Below are positions 49,662 through 59,195 of a DNA stretch of 64,000 nt, in pieces. This stretch comes from an uncultured virus (IMG/VR IMGVR_UViG_3300010347_001950). Its lineage: Duplodnaviria > Heunggongvirae > Uroviricota > Caudoviricetes. The position numbers were made by a program, and so were the translations under genes. The stretch is taken from IMG/VR virus record IMGVR_UViG_3300010347_001950; one strand, 5' to 3'. The notes under the pieces were generated by a model, which saw nothing but the letters and a program-made list of their open reading frames with translations, was not told the DNA's origin and did no database searches. The first letter of the stretch is position 1. Each line of letters starts with the position of its first letter.

Positions 49662-52600
49662 ATGCCAATAAGTATAAGTTTAAAATTACCAAACAATTTA
49701 ACTAATACCCTACACAATTCAGATTTTATACAACAGCTTGATGACGGTTTGGTGGCCGGGCATGATTATTTTACCGGTAGATATAGTTTGTTGTCACACA
49801 AGAACAAAAACTCTAGTGATACAGATGCCCAGCCGTTGCGCGCTTCAACTTTGATATTTGGGTTTGATGCATATTACAGAGACATTGATCGTTTGCCGCT
49901 GTGTATTGATTATATAGAAGAATTAATAATTTCCGCGTCTAGTGAATTCCCTTCGGACAGAAGTATTCATTTCTTTGATTTTCCAAAGCATAACCCGAAT
50001 AAATTACACCGTATAGTTGTACACAAATCAGATTTTAGCGCTGGCGGAATTATACCATATGTAACATACGTTGATTTGAATAACAATCAGCAAGATTTAC
50101 GCGGGTTATATGAATTTGTAAATTATCCTTTTTCTGGAGAAGGTGGTATTGCGAAGGTATACATTAGGGCCAAGATTAAAACTCTCCCAGTAGAATATCA
50201 TTTAATTTCGCAATATCCAGAAATCAATGGGATATCAACTATTTCTCAGTGGTATCCAGATACAGAGATGTATGATACTATTGTGTGGATTAGCAATCCT
50301 CCACCAAGGCAGTCAATTGTTGTGCCAGATCACACATATATAGTTAATAACTCTGGGATTACAACAGAATGGACTGGCAGAAAAACTATATGGAAGTTTA
50401 ATGCATCCGAACAATCCGGAATTAATACCACCACCCATAATATATCACGATATGTATCTGATATTATAGAAATAAGACCAAATGTTTTCAACAATTCATA
50501 TATTAATATTTCAAAGCAGTATTTGGACGACAGCAGATATACAACGTTGCTCCCAAGGTTGCACTGTCTTGGTTCGGACGAAGAAATATACTATTTAAAT
50601 AACACAGAGTGCCGATGCTATTATTCGTCTGTTCATAATTTTGATAATTCAATTACAAGCATAGGTATATCTTCGATTCCGTATGGCATTACAACTTCTG
50701 GCATAATGATTAACCAGCCGATTGTTGGTTTTACAACAACCACAGATATTGCGCCAGATTTTGTTTTTCAATCATATTTTGAGCCAACATTGTCATGCTC
50801 TAACGATATTTGCTGCGTTGATATTAGATGCTTTAATGGTATTGGTAGTACTGGAATTATATTAAATTCTATTGATAATATTACAGAAAATCTTGGTGTG
50901 TATGTATTGTTCGGAGAAGGGGTAACTCCTGTAGCAACAACATATTTTTCGGGGGTGTCGACTACTCGCACGATTGGTCTACCAAACGATATTACATCAG
51001 CGATACTTGGCGGTGGCACTATTGAACTATATATATCACCGAAACCAAAAGATAATGTGATGTATTTGCAATCATATTTTACCCCAAAATCATATAATGA
51101 TATAGATTCTGTATATTATGGCAAATCATATTTATTGTCTTCTGAAATTGTTCCTATATTTAAAAATTTCTTTGGTAGCGCGTATCTTGGCGGAGCAATA
51201 ATTGCATATACAAACAACGGTATAAGTACTAGTTATATAGAGATCAAGGAACTGGCAAGTGGTATTGGCAGGTTTTTGTTAAATGCAGATGTTGGCGATT
51301 GCAAGAATGATGATAATGTCGAAAACGGGTTTTCTATAATTGCTAGTCCACGCACATCGTGGGACAAAGAAATAGGGTTGCTTGGTTCATGGATATTACA
51401 ATCCGACCTTGCACCGAGTACATATGTATATAATTATGACAATACCATTACTTTGAATGCCCCAAAAACTTCTGGTGTTAATTCAAGCAGGCATTCTGTG
51501 GTTGAAATTCATTCAACAAAACCTTCGTTTTCTAGTAGAACTAAAGTCAATGTAACTTTATCTGCCGATTCTATTTCTGGTAATTTTGGCGGGGAATTAT
51601 ATGTAGCCTTTTCTCCGATTCCTTCTTTACAGTCCAACAATACTGAGTATATTACCGGTGTTGGGTTTACATATAAAACAATGGGATCTAGATGCGAACC
51701 ATATATTGATATTCCAGAATCGGTGCCAACTGTAATGGTATTGTATAGTAAGACAAAAGGCAAAACATCTGTTATTCAACGATGTATAGATGGCAAGCTT
51801 ATATACGAAGACATCAATGATGTTGATAATATTTCTGGGTTGCAAGTGGAATTAAATGGAATGATTGCGGACCCAGAAAGTAAATTTTTAAATAACATTA
51901 TTTTGACAGTTAACGACATTAATTCCGGAATTACAACAATACCACTAAGTGTATATTTCCCAGCAAATGATATTGGAATGGGGTATTATGTGGCTGTTGG
52001 TAGTAGGGCAGATATATTGTCTGATTTTGATGACCCAGGAACTGCACAAGATGGTTTTTGGAAGATAAGCACTATAAGAGTAGATGGGTTACAGAGGGAA
52101 GATGCGAATTTATTTATGCCACAAAATGAAAGATTTTATGGCAAATATACTTCTGGAAATATAAATAATAAAAATATTCTTGGGCAACATCTTATATCAT
52201 CAAAAACAGATATAGCCGATTATGGCATGGTTGGTACCGGCGAATCTACTACAAATTATGCATTTATAGTCCCAGTTAATCACATTAGTAATTTTGAAGA
52301 TTGTTTACATCCAGATATTTTTGAAATTAAAATGATTAGTACTTCTGCAGAAACGGCAATCAATTCTCCGCGCATGCGATTTTATGGGATTAATTCTGAA
52401 AACGGATACCCTGGGAAACCGTTATTGTTTCCTTGCGGCAATTGGGTGAGCACTTCAAATGTACCACCAGAAATAATACAAAATACGGGATGTTTGTTAC
52501 CGTACAACGACTTAATTCAGTTTGATATATCTAAAAACGGCGTTGGGAATACTGATTTTGTATGGGCAGTTGTAGAGGTGCCAAATAAGTGCAAAATGGC

Positions 52601-55600
52601 CAATTCGTTTACAGATTTGATGTACACAGATTCTACTGGGATAGGTATACAATTTTTATCAAATTATCTTTATAATTCGACTTTTGAAAAATTTGGTATA
52701 GACGGATGGAACGCAAAAGACGGAGTATTTATTGGTATAGGGACAACAATTGCTATAAGCGGTGATTATAGTATGGATATGGTATTTGGCGGTGTTGGCG
52801 CAGAACAGTGGGATTATGACACTGGAAGCGGCACCGGCGTTTCGTCTGTGTTTATTATTGATTATTTTGACAATAATCAATATGTTGATTATCAATACAA
52901 ATATGGTTGCGGTGAAAATTGCTTGCAAGACTTTGTTGATGTTGATATAAGAGATCCTAGTAATAACAGTGTAGAAATTTATGACAAAACAAATGATACA
53001 GACAATTGTATGGCGAGCGGAAGGTTTGTTCCAGCCATACCAGATATGATATCTACAAGTTGCGGATTTAATAATATAGATAGTGTATCTTCTGGATTTT
53101 CTGTGGCGGAATGGGACAATCCATTGAATGCTCGGCTTGTTGATGGTGTATTTGCTAACGCATCTATATATAATTCTAATGTTCGCGCGATAACTGATTT
53201 TTTGGTTTGTACAGGGCTGAGCACGACTATATCTTCTATTTATACATTGTGCGAAATACAGGTAAATGTTAATGGGTATTATAATTGTGCACGACGCCCA
53301 GACAATGATCCAACATGGATAGTGAATTTAATTACAGACGGCAGCACGGTACAGTATAATGATTGTAACTCTGTGCGTGACGTAATTCCGTATGGAATTA
53401 GCAAAAATGTTATTTTTAAATTTGGCAAAGATATAATTGATAATCTAAATATTACAAATGCAATTATAAACAGCCCAAATTTTGGTGTGCAAGTATGTGC
53501 GTTGCAAAGACCAAACAACAATGGAGAAGACTATAATATAGATTTTTATATTGACTGCGTAAATGTTGTTGTTAAATATATTGATTTGTCACAACAATTA
53601 TATACAATCAATTTTGTGCTTACTGACGAAGGCAAATCTGCACTATCGAACCCAAGTGACTATTTTAATTTTGTAGTAGATGACGTGTATGTGGGCAATA
53701 AAATCAGAATTGTTAATAATGCTTGGTATAAAATGTTCTCGGGTTATATACATAGGCACGACAACGTATTGCATAGAGCTTTTCTACAAAGCAGAGTTAT
53801 GTCAGATTCGCATGCCCCAGCGGATATTAACGATTATATTAATTTTGGTGTGTATCATAGATATTATTCGCAACCAACGCCGCTGTCCAGAGATATCAGG
53901 GTTGATATCACCCCGCCCACAAAAGATGGTACAGGTCGCTCTTTCTTGTATGTGCTCCCTCCATACAATGGGATCGGTGTTACTGCAGTAATTGAGGCAA
54001 GTGACGACGACTCTGGTATATATGCTTTCAGATTTGCCAAAGAATCAAGACAGAATAAATTATATTTTGAACCATGGAAATCATGGGATTCGTATGTTAT
54101 TAACCCAGGGATTGCTACTTATAGATTGGTGTTCCCAATACGTGAAAAAGGCGGATTTTATCAAGCCATAGGGCCAAGAAAGGCATGGGTGCAAACAATC
54201 GATAGGGCCGGGAATATATCTGAAAGTAATATTGTTGGAGTAACTCAGCCAGCAATAGCCATTATTGATACTAAGCCTCCGCATGGCAAGGTCCATTTCA
54301 TAGATTTGTCAACTGGCGAAATTACTAACCGCACAAATAAGCAAAAAATCATATTTGGGTTTGATGCATATGACGAAGCCACGGATGTTAAAGATTATCA
54401 ATGGAGGGATGTTGGGTTTACGACTTGGAGTGAGTGGAAAGATTTGGATTCTTACCAGCAGTATTATATGGGTACGTCGAGTGCTACGAAAAGAGTAGAA
54501 GTGCGATTTAGAGATTATGCCAACAATGTTTCTGACAGTCTTAGAAGGCATGATATATTACCTAATAAGTCAATAAAAAATGTTTTGTTCAACGAATCTG
54601 CTGAATATAACGGCGAGTTATATATGTCGGGGATTTGGAGCAAAGAATATAGCAATTTAATATTGAAACAAAGCCAAGATACTAGGTATCGCCCGAATAC
54701 CGCATACACTATTCATTCTAGTGATACAGATCAGACGATCTATGTAAATCAATCGGATTCTGTATTGTTAAAAGTCAAGGGAATTTATGATGACAACTTC
54801 CGTGTTTTTATACAACATCAACCTGACGATACACTGAATCCTTTGTTTGAATTGTCAGAGAATGAATTTTATATAGAGAACGGATATATTATATTTGCAG
54901 AACCAAGGTCTGACGACGACGAGTTTGTGGTTTTAAAAGTTCGCAAGGACGTTGCTGTTATTTATAAGTGGAATGGCAATGATATACTAAAGATTGGCGA
55001 TATGACTTATCAAAATGAAAAAATGATAACATCTATGCTTGTTGTAAATGATGTTTTAATGTTTGCTACTAATAGCGGCAAGATATATCAATTTGATGGA
55101 TGGTCCATTGGCGATCCGATAGCACAAATAAAAACCACAGAAGAATTGCCGATTACAAAGATGTTTTCTTTCCAATTTGATGATGAATCAGAAAGCTATA
55201 TTTATGTAACTACAGCCAAGCAGCCAACGCTGTGGCGCATACCATATTCTGGGATTAATTCTAATAATAAATGGGAATGTATATCTTCTGTGAGTAATTT
55301 TATTACTTCTACAGCTAGTTATATTACAAAGATTAGTGATATAGCTGGGGCATATAATCAATTATTTATGATTACTGATTCTAATTTTGTTTTTAAGTAT
55401 ACAAGGGGTATCGATTCTGAGTATATATCATATGAGCAATTAATGCCATCTATGTTTAATGACGAAGAAGTACAGCTGCCAATGCCAAGTGCCATTACTT
55501 TGGTTGATAAGCATGTCGTAATAGGGTTGGGCAATAAACCAGAACTTTATTCTTATTATTGTACAAACAAACCAAATCCCGAATACGAAGGAGAATATAA

Positions 55601-57035
55601 CGTTATAAAATTTGATTACCAATTTGTTAAAAGTCCGCATCCTTGGCAATATTATAACAGCAACGGGCAAACTAATATTTTTTCGTCTAATAATATTTTT
55701 TATGAAACTGTTGACACAAATGGATTACAAAAATATTATATGCACATTGTTGGTAATGAAAAAGAAAATGTTTCACTAACATTAGATAATGCCAGTGATT
55801 TGTTTGGGAACATTGGCGATCAATGGACAATGGATTTATATGTTAAATATATTGGAGATGGCAACAACAAAACGCTTGATGGCGGAAGGCAATCCTTGCA
55901 AGTATGGGACGGAAGATATAATTTTGATTTGACATATTCTACTTCATCTTTGCGATTACAAAGCGGGGATAATATTATTGAGACTAATTTGGGCGGGTCT
56001 ATAAAAACCTGGGATTTCCATACTTCGGGAGGATATACTCCTGATACGCAGAGATGGGTGATTGATCAAGACATATCTAGTATGTCTGTTAGTGTAAACA
56101 ATCGCCTTGTGTGTAATATTAACGGAACAAATCCGCGTATAAAATGGCTGGCATTAAACCAAAACGAAACGTTTGATATTAAGCAAAATACAAAAATTCA
56201 AATATTGATTGGCGGAGTGTCGGATCCAAACGCCGAATTGAGAGTGTATGTTTCGACCGATTATACCACCAATTGGGAATCACACGCATATTCTCATGCT
56301 TTTATACCAAGCCAAGAAATGCTCATGTATACAATTGACCCAAGCATTACCGGTAATATAAAGGCTATTGCAATAGAGGTATCTGGTGTTAAGTCCAAAA
56401 CTGGGTTGCTAAGTATTGATTATATTACGTTTGTTAATACGGCAAATATTAATAACAATATATTGTTTGAGATGGTGCCAATGCGCATATGTGTAAATGA
56501 CCGCAATATAAAAATTTATATGGGAAGAAGCAATAACCCAATAATATCCGCAGATGGATTTCTTAAATTATCAACTGCTGAAAAGAAAATAAAAATTGGA
56601 AAGTTACATAATTATAAATATGAATTAGACACGATCTATTACAATAACAAATCTTTATATGAACCATCAAGCGAGTGGGCTTATGAAAAATTGGCGTTTA
56701 AAAATGGCGTTAACGATTTGCCAGTTGTAGTAGAAGAACATAATTTTGCTCCATTTTATAGATTCAGTAGTGGCAGAGGTGTATCAAAATTTTTCAATTA
56801 TCTTGGTGCGGATTGGGTAGCTATTGCCGGCAAATATATTACAAACAAAAATGGGGATTCAAATTATAATGTATTGTCTGACATGTCTATGAAATTTTAT
56901 AGTTATGATGAATCTGCCGAAATATGGCAATATCGTCCAGTATATATCGGAGATGATAAGTTGGTGATTAGTCCAACAATGGCATCTGGATATAAATCAA
57001 GTTTAATAATTAATGGGCGATATTTGGATGATTAA
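49662..57035 (+). CDS. Giant (2457 aa) virion/tail adhesin-like protein with Ig-like and propeller regions
   Basis: DxTPP/DTKPP..G Ig-like modules, VQTIDRAGNIS, RFRDYANNVS; many GI(S/G/T)T motifs. Confidence 0.65.
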   Translation: MPISISLKLPNNLTNTLHNSDFIQQLDDGLVAGHDYFTGRYSLLSHKNKNSSDTDAQPLRASTLIFGFDAYYRDIDRLPLCIDYIEELIISASSEFPSDRSIHFFDFPKHNPNKLHRIVVHKSDFSAGGIIPYVTYVDLNNNQQDLRGLYEFVNYPFSGEGGIAKVYIRAKIKTLPVEYHLISQYPEINGISTISQWYPDTEMYDTIVWISNPPPRQSIVVPDHTYIVNNSGITTEWTGRKTIWKFNASEQSGINTTTHNISRYVSDIIEIRPNVFNNSYINISKQYLDDSRYTTLLPRLHCLGSDEEIYYLNNTECRCYYSSVHNFDNSITSIGISSIPYGITTSGIMINQPIVGFTTTTDIAPDFVFQSYFEPTLSCSNDICCVDIRCFNGIGSTGIILNSIDNITENLGVYVLFGEGVTPVATTYFSGVSTTRTIGLPNDITSAILGGGTIELYISPKPKDNVMYLQSYFTPKSYNDIDSVYYGKSYLLSSEIVPIFKNFFGSAYLGGAIIAYTNNGISTSYIEIKELASGIGRFLLNADVGDCKNDDNVENGFSIIASPRTSWDKEIGLLGSWILQSDLAPSTYVYNYDNTITLNAPKTSGVNSSRHSVVEIHSTKPSFSSRTKVNVTLSADSISGNFGGELYVAFSPIPSLQSNNTEYITGVGFTYKTMGSRCEPYIDIPESVPTVMVLYSKTKGKTSVIQRCIDGKLIYEDINDVDNISGLQVELNGMIADPESKFLNNIILTVNDINSGITTIPLSVYFPANDIGMGYYVAVGSRADILSDFDDPGTAQDGFWKISTIRVDGLQREDANLFMPQNERFYGKYTSGNINNKNILGQHLISSKTDIADYGMVGTGESTTNYAFIVPVNHISNFEDCLHPDIFEIKMISTSAETAINSPRMRFYGINSENGYPGKPLLFPCGNWVSTSNVPPEIIQNTGCLLPYNDLIQFDISKNGVGNTDFVWAVVEVPNKCKMANSFTDLMYTDSTGIGIQFLSNYLYNSTFEKFGIDGWNAKDGVFIGIGTTIAISGDYSMDMVFGGVGAEQWDYDTGSGTGVSSVFIIDYFDNNQYVDYQYKYGCGENCLQDFVDVDIRDPSNNSVEIYDKTNDTDNCMASGRFVPAIPDMISTSCGFNNIDSVSSGFSVAEWDNPLNARLVDGVFANASIYNSNVRAITDFLVCTGLSTTISSIYTLCEIQVNVNGYYNCARRPDNDPTWIVNLITDGSTVQYNDCNSVRDVIPYGISKNVIFKFGKDIIDNLNITNAIINSPNFGVQVCALQRPNNNGEDYNIDFYIDCVNVVVKYIDLSQQLYTINFVLTDEGKSALSNPSDYFNFVVDDVYVGNKIRIVNNAWYKMFSGYIHRHDNVLHRAFLQSRVMSDSHAPADINDYINFGVYHRYYSQPTPLSRDIRVDITPPTKDGTGRSFLYVLPPYNGIGVTAVIEASDDDSGIYAFRFAKESRQNKLYFEPWKSWDSYVINPGIATYRLVFPIREKGGFYQAIGPRKAWVQTIDRAGNISESNIVGVTQPAIAIIDTKPPHGKVHFIDLSTGEITNRTNKQKIIFGFDAYDEATDVKDYQWRDVGFTTWSEWKDLDSYQQYYMGTSSATKRVEVRFRDYANNVSDSLRRHDILPNKSIKNVLFNESAEYNGELYMSGIWSKEYSNLILKQSQDTRYRPNTAYTIHSSDTDQTIYVNQSDSVLLKVKGIYDDNFRVFIQHQPDDTLNPLFELSENEFYIENGYIIFAEPRSDDDEFVVLKVRKDVAVIYKWNGNDILKIGDMTYQNEKMITSMLVVNDVLMFATNSGKIYQFDGWSIGDPIAQIKTTEELPITKMFSFQFDDESESYIYVTTAKQPTLWRIPYSGINSNNKWECISSVSNFITSTASYITKISDIAGAYNQLFMITDSNFVFKYTRGIDSEYISYEQLMPSMFNDEEVQLPMPSAITLVDKHVVIGLGNKPELYSYYCTNKPNPEYEGEYNVIKFDYQFVKSPHPWQYYNSNGQTNIFSSNNIFYETVDTNGLQKYYMHIVGNEKENVSLTLDNASDLFGNIGDQWTMDLYVKYIGDGNNKTLDGGRQSLQVWDGRYNFDLTYSTSSLRLQSGDNIIETNLGGSIKTWDFHTSGGYTPDTQRWVIDQDISSMSVSVNNRLVCNINGTNPRIKWLALNQNETFDIKQNTKIQILIGGVSDPNAELRVYVSTDYTTNWESHAYSHAFIPSQEMLMYTIDPSITGNIKAIAIEVSGVKSKTGLLSIDYITFVNTANINNNILFEMVPMRICVNDRNIKIYMGRSNNPIISADGFLKLSTAEKKIKIGKLHNYKYELDTIYYNNKSLYEPSSEWAYEKLAFKNGVNDLPVVVEEHNFAPFYRFSSGRGVSKFFNYLGADWVAIAGKYITNKNGDSNYNVLSDMSMKFYSYDESAEIWQYRPVYIGDDKLVISPTMASGYKSSLIINGRYLDD

Positions 57036-57071
57036 ACAAAAACGCCACTGATCAGTGGCGTTTTTGTTTAA
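57032..57071. terminator. Perfect 40-bp palindrome, bidirectional intrinsic terminator
   Basis: ttaaacaaaaacgccactga|tcagtggcgtttttgtttaa between convergent genes. Confidence 0.9.
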
Positions 57072-57090
57072 GATATATTTACTTCTAGTA

Positions 57091-57474
57091 TTAGAATTTA
57101 AATGCAAGACCAACCGCAAATTGCGCTCTGGTTTTGTGTGAGAAATCTAATCCCATGCCTCCCCACAGACGATTAACACCAACGTTAAACATAACTCCTC
57201 CGCTCCACTTGTCATTATGACCTTGATTGGCGATTGATACATATGGGCCAACGCCAAGAGATAGCTGCCCTGTTGCTGGGTCGTTTACACGTACTGCTTG
57301 ATATCCCAATACAGGAGCCCATCTAGCATCACTGTTTGTAACTCCAACCAAGACTCTATTCCCCTTAGCGTCTGATAGATTTGAACTAAGACTTTGTTTT
57401 GTCTCTTGCGCGTTTGCCATTATGCAGAACGACAATGCGAGACATGTTAACGATACGGATAAGATTTTTTTCAT
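57091..57474 (-). CDS. Small exported outer-membrane beta-barrel-like protein
   Basis: Signal peptide ending ANA; Gly/aromatic strands; terminal AVGLAFKF. Confidence 0.65.
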   Translation of the reverse strand: MKKILSVSLTCLALSFCIMANAQETKQSLSSNLSDAKGNRVLVGVTNSDARWAPVLGYQAVRVNDPATGQLSLGVGPYVSIANQGHNDKWSGGVMFNVGVNRLWGGMGLDFSHKTRAQFAVGLAFKF

Positions 57475-57614
57475 TGTGCATTTCTCCTTTTGTTTGCATG
57501 CTTATTTGTTATAATAGCACATAAGATCCAAAATGTGCATTTTTGGTACTAAAAATTCTACAGCGCGAAGTACGAAATCCCAATCAATTATAAACTGGGC
57601 AGTTGATGTGAATA

Positions 57615-58439
57615 TTATAATCCTTTTCTGCCACTTTCTTGTTCTTGTTTTAATGATTCTAATATACGGATTTTTGCTTCATCGAATTGTTCGATAATAT
57701 CTGGGTCATCCGTTCTCCATGTGCGTTTTTCAAAAGGTCTCGAATTAATGTATTTTAAGAATCCATCGATCTCTTTGTTATAAGATCCATAAATATGATA
57801 GCTGGTTACATAATGGCAATATTTTCCAACCTCAACGTTTAGTTTTTCGGCAATATTTTTTTGTAAGTCTGTAAATGCAAACATATTCATAAATGCCGCC
57901 TTATATGCATCATTACTTCTCATATGAGCATTCATTTGAAGCTTGCCATTAATAATTCTACACTGTATACTTTGTAAACAGGCGGGATCGTTAATGCCTT
58001 CGTCTTCCCAGGGCTTCCATGTAATAGCTATAGCCCTGCGCGAATAAGGACATTTTTCTAGTGTATTTATTATATAATCGATTTGATTAATATCTTTGTT
58101 TATCCCAGGAACTTTGTATTTTTTTAGTCTTTCAGAATATGTATATTCCCATTTGCCTTCTTCTGGGCATATCCAGTGGTCGTGTATGCCATCTACCACT
58201 TCTTGTCTATATGATTCTAGTCCGGCGATGCTGTCTGGAAAACAACGGTGTATTCGTGGTTCACTGAATGGGTTTTCTATTACGATTAATGCCGTGGCGT
58301 CTAATGAGGGAGGGTCGCCATCTTTGTCATATTGCGTTGGAATTTCTATTCCGTTTTGCTTTAGCTGACATATAGATTGTTCCCACGCAGAAGGTAGATT
58401 CTCTTCGTGTACATAAACTATTCCTTTTTGATTTTTCAT
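57615..58439 (-). CDS. thyA: Thymidylate synthase, archaeal-like
   Basis: YTYSER, SRRA, PACLQ, MRSNDA...FMN, SYHIY. Confidence 0.85.
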   Translation of the reverse strand: MKNQKGIVYVHEENLPSAWEQSICQLKQNGIEIPTQYDKDGDPPSLDATALIVIENPFSEPRIHRCFPDSIAGLESYRQEVVDGIHDHWICPEEGKWEYTYSERLKKYKVPGINKDINQIDYIINTLEKCPYSRRAIAITWKPWEDEGINDPACLQSIQCRIINGKLQMNAHMRSNDAYKAAFMNMFAFTDLQKNIAEKLNVEVGKYCHYVTSYHIYGSYNKEIDGFLKYINSRPFEKRTWRTDDPDIIEQFDEAKIRILESLKQEQESGRKGL

Positions 58440-58614
58440 TTGTGATACCTTTCTATTTATGTATACACTTATTAATTATACACCTTTCGGCTCACATAGT
58501 GCAATGAGGTTTCTGCTGATATTCTGTGTAATAATAACATAAGATTGTTAGTTATAGAGCAGTGGGCTTGAAAGCCCGATTGGATTGCCCAGTATAGGTT
58601 AGTAGGAGGCTAGT

Positions 58615-59178
58615 ATGGCAAAACCAACACTTATGATAATAGATATAGACGGAGTTTTATGTGACCCAAGGATACGAATGAAGCGTATTGATTATAAATC
58701 AGAAAAACGTCACGATTATAATAAATTTATTAAAAGCCTAAGAGAATACAACAAGGATACATATGGTGACAAACCAATTCGCAAAGGTATACAATTATAC
58801 CACGCACTCAAGAGTATATTTAATCCAGACAGGTGTGTATTTTTGACTGCCAGAGATGAAGATAATTTTCATCCCACAATAGAATGGCTTAGAAAACATG
58901 TTGATGACAAAATCCAGGAGGCCGATTTGATTATGGAGCCGTTGCCCGTATTAGTTGGTGATGAATACAATCCGGTTTATAAAAATAGTGTAGAATATAA
59001 ACGTAATATCATTAAACAACTACTGTCTAAATATGAAGTTATTATGGCCGTGGATGATGAAGATAAAAATTGTAAAATGTTTGAGGAAGAACATATACCT
59101 TATTTACAATTTAAAGATCCAAATGTAGATGTTGATGAATATAAAGAAAAATTGAAAAATATCCCAAATAATTATTAA
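58615..59178 (+). CDS. HAD-family (PNKP 3'-phosphatase-like) hydrolase
   Basis: IDIDGVL, FLTAR, K, AVDD. Confidence 0.8.
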   Translation: MAKPTLMIIDIDGVLCDPRIRMKRIDYKSEKRHDYNKFIKSLREYNKDTYGDKPIRKGIQLYHALKSIFNPDRCVFLTARDEDNFHPTIEWLRKHVDDKIQEADLIMEPLPVLVGDEYNPVYKNSVEYKRNIIKQLLSKYEVIMAVDDEDKNCKMFEEEHIPYLQFKDPNVDVDEYKEKLKNIPNNY

Positions 59179-59195
59179 ACGGGAAGAATTGTTCT

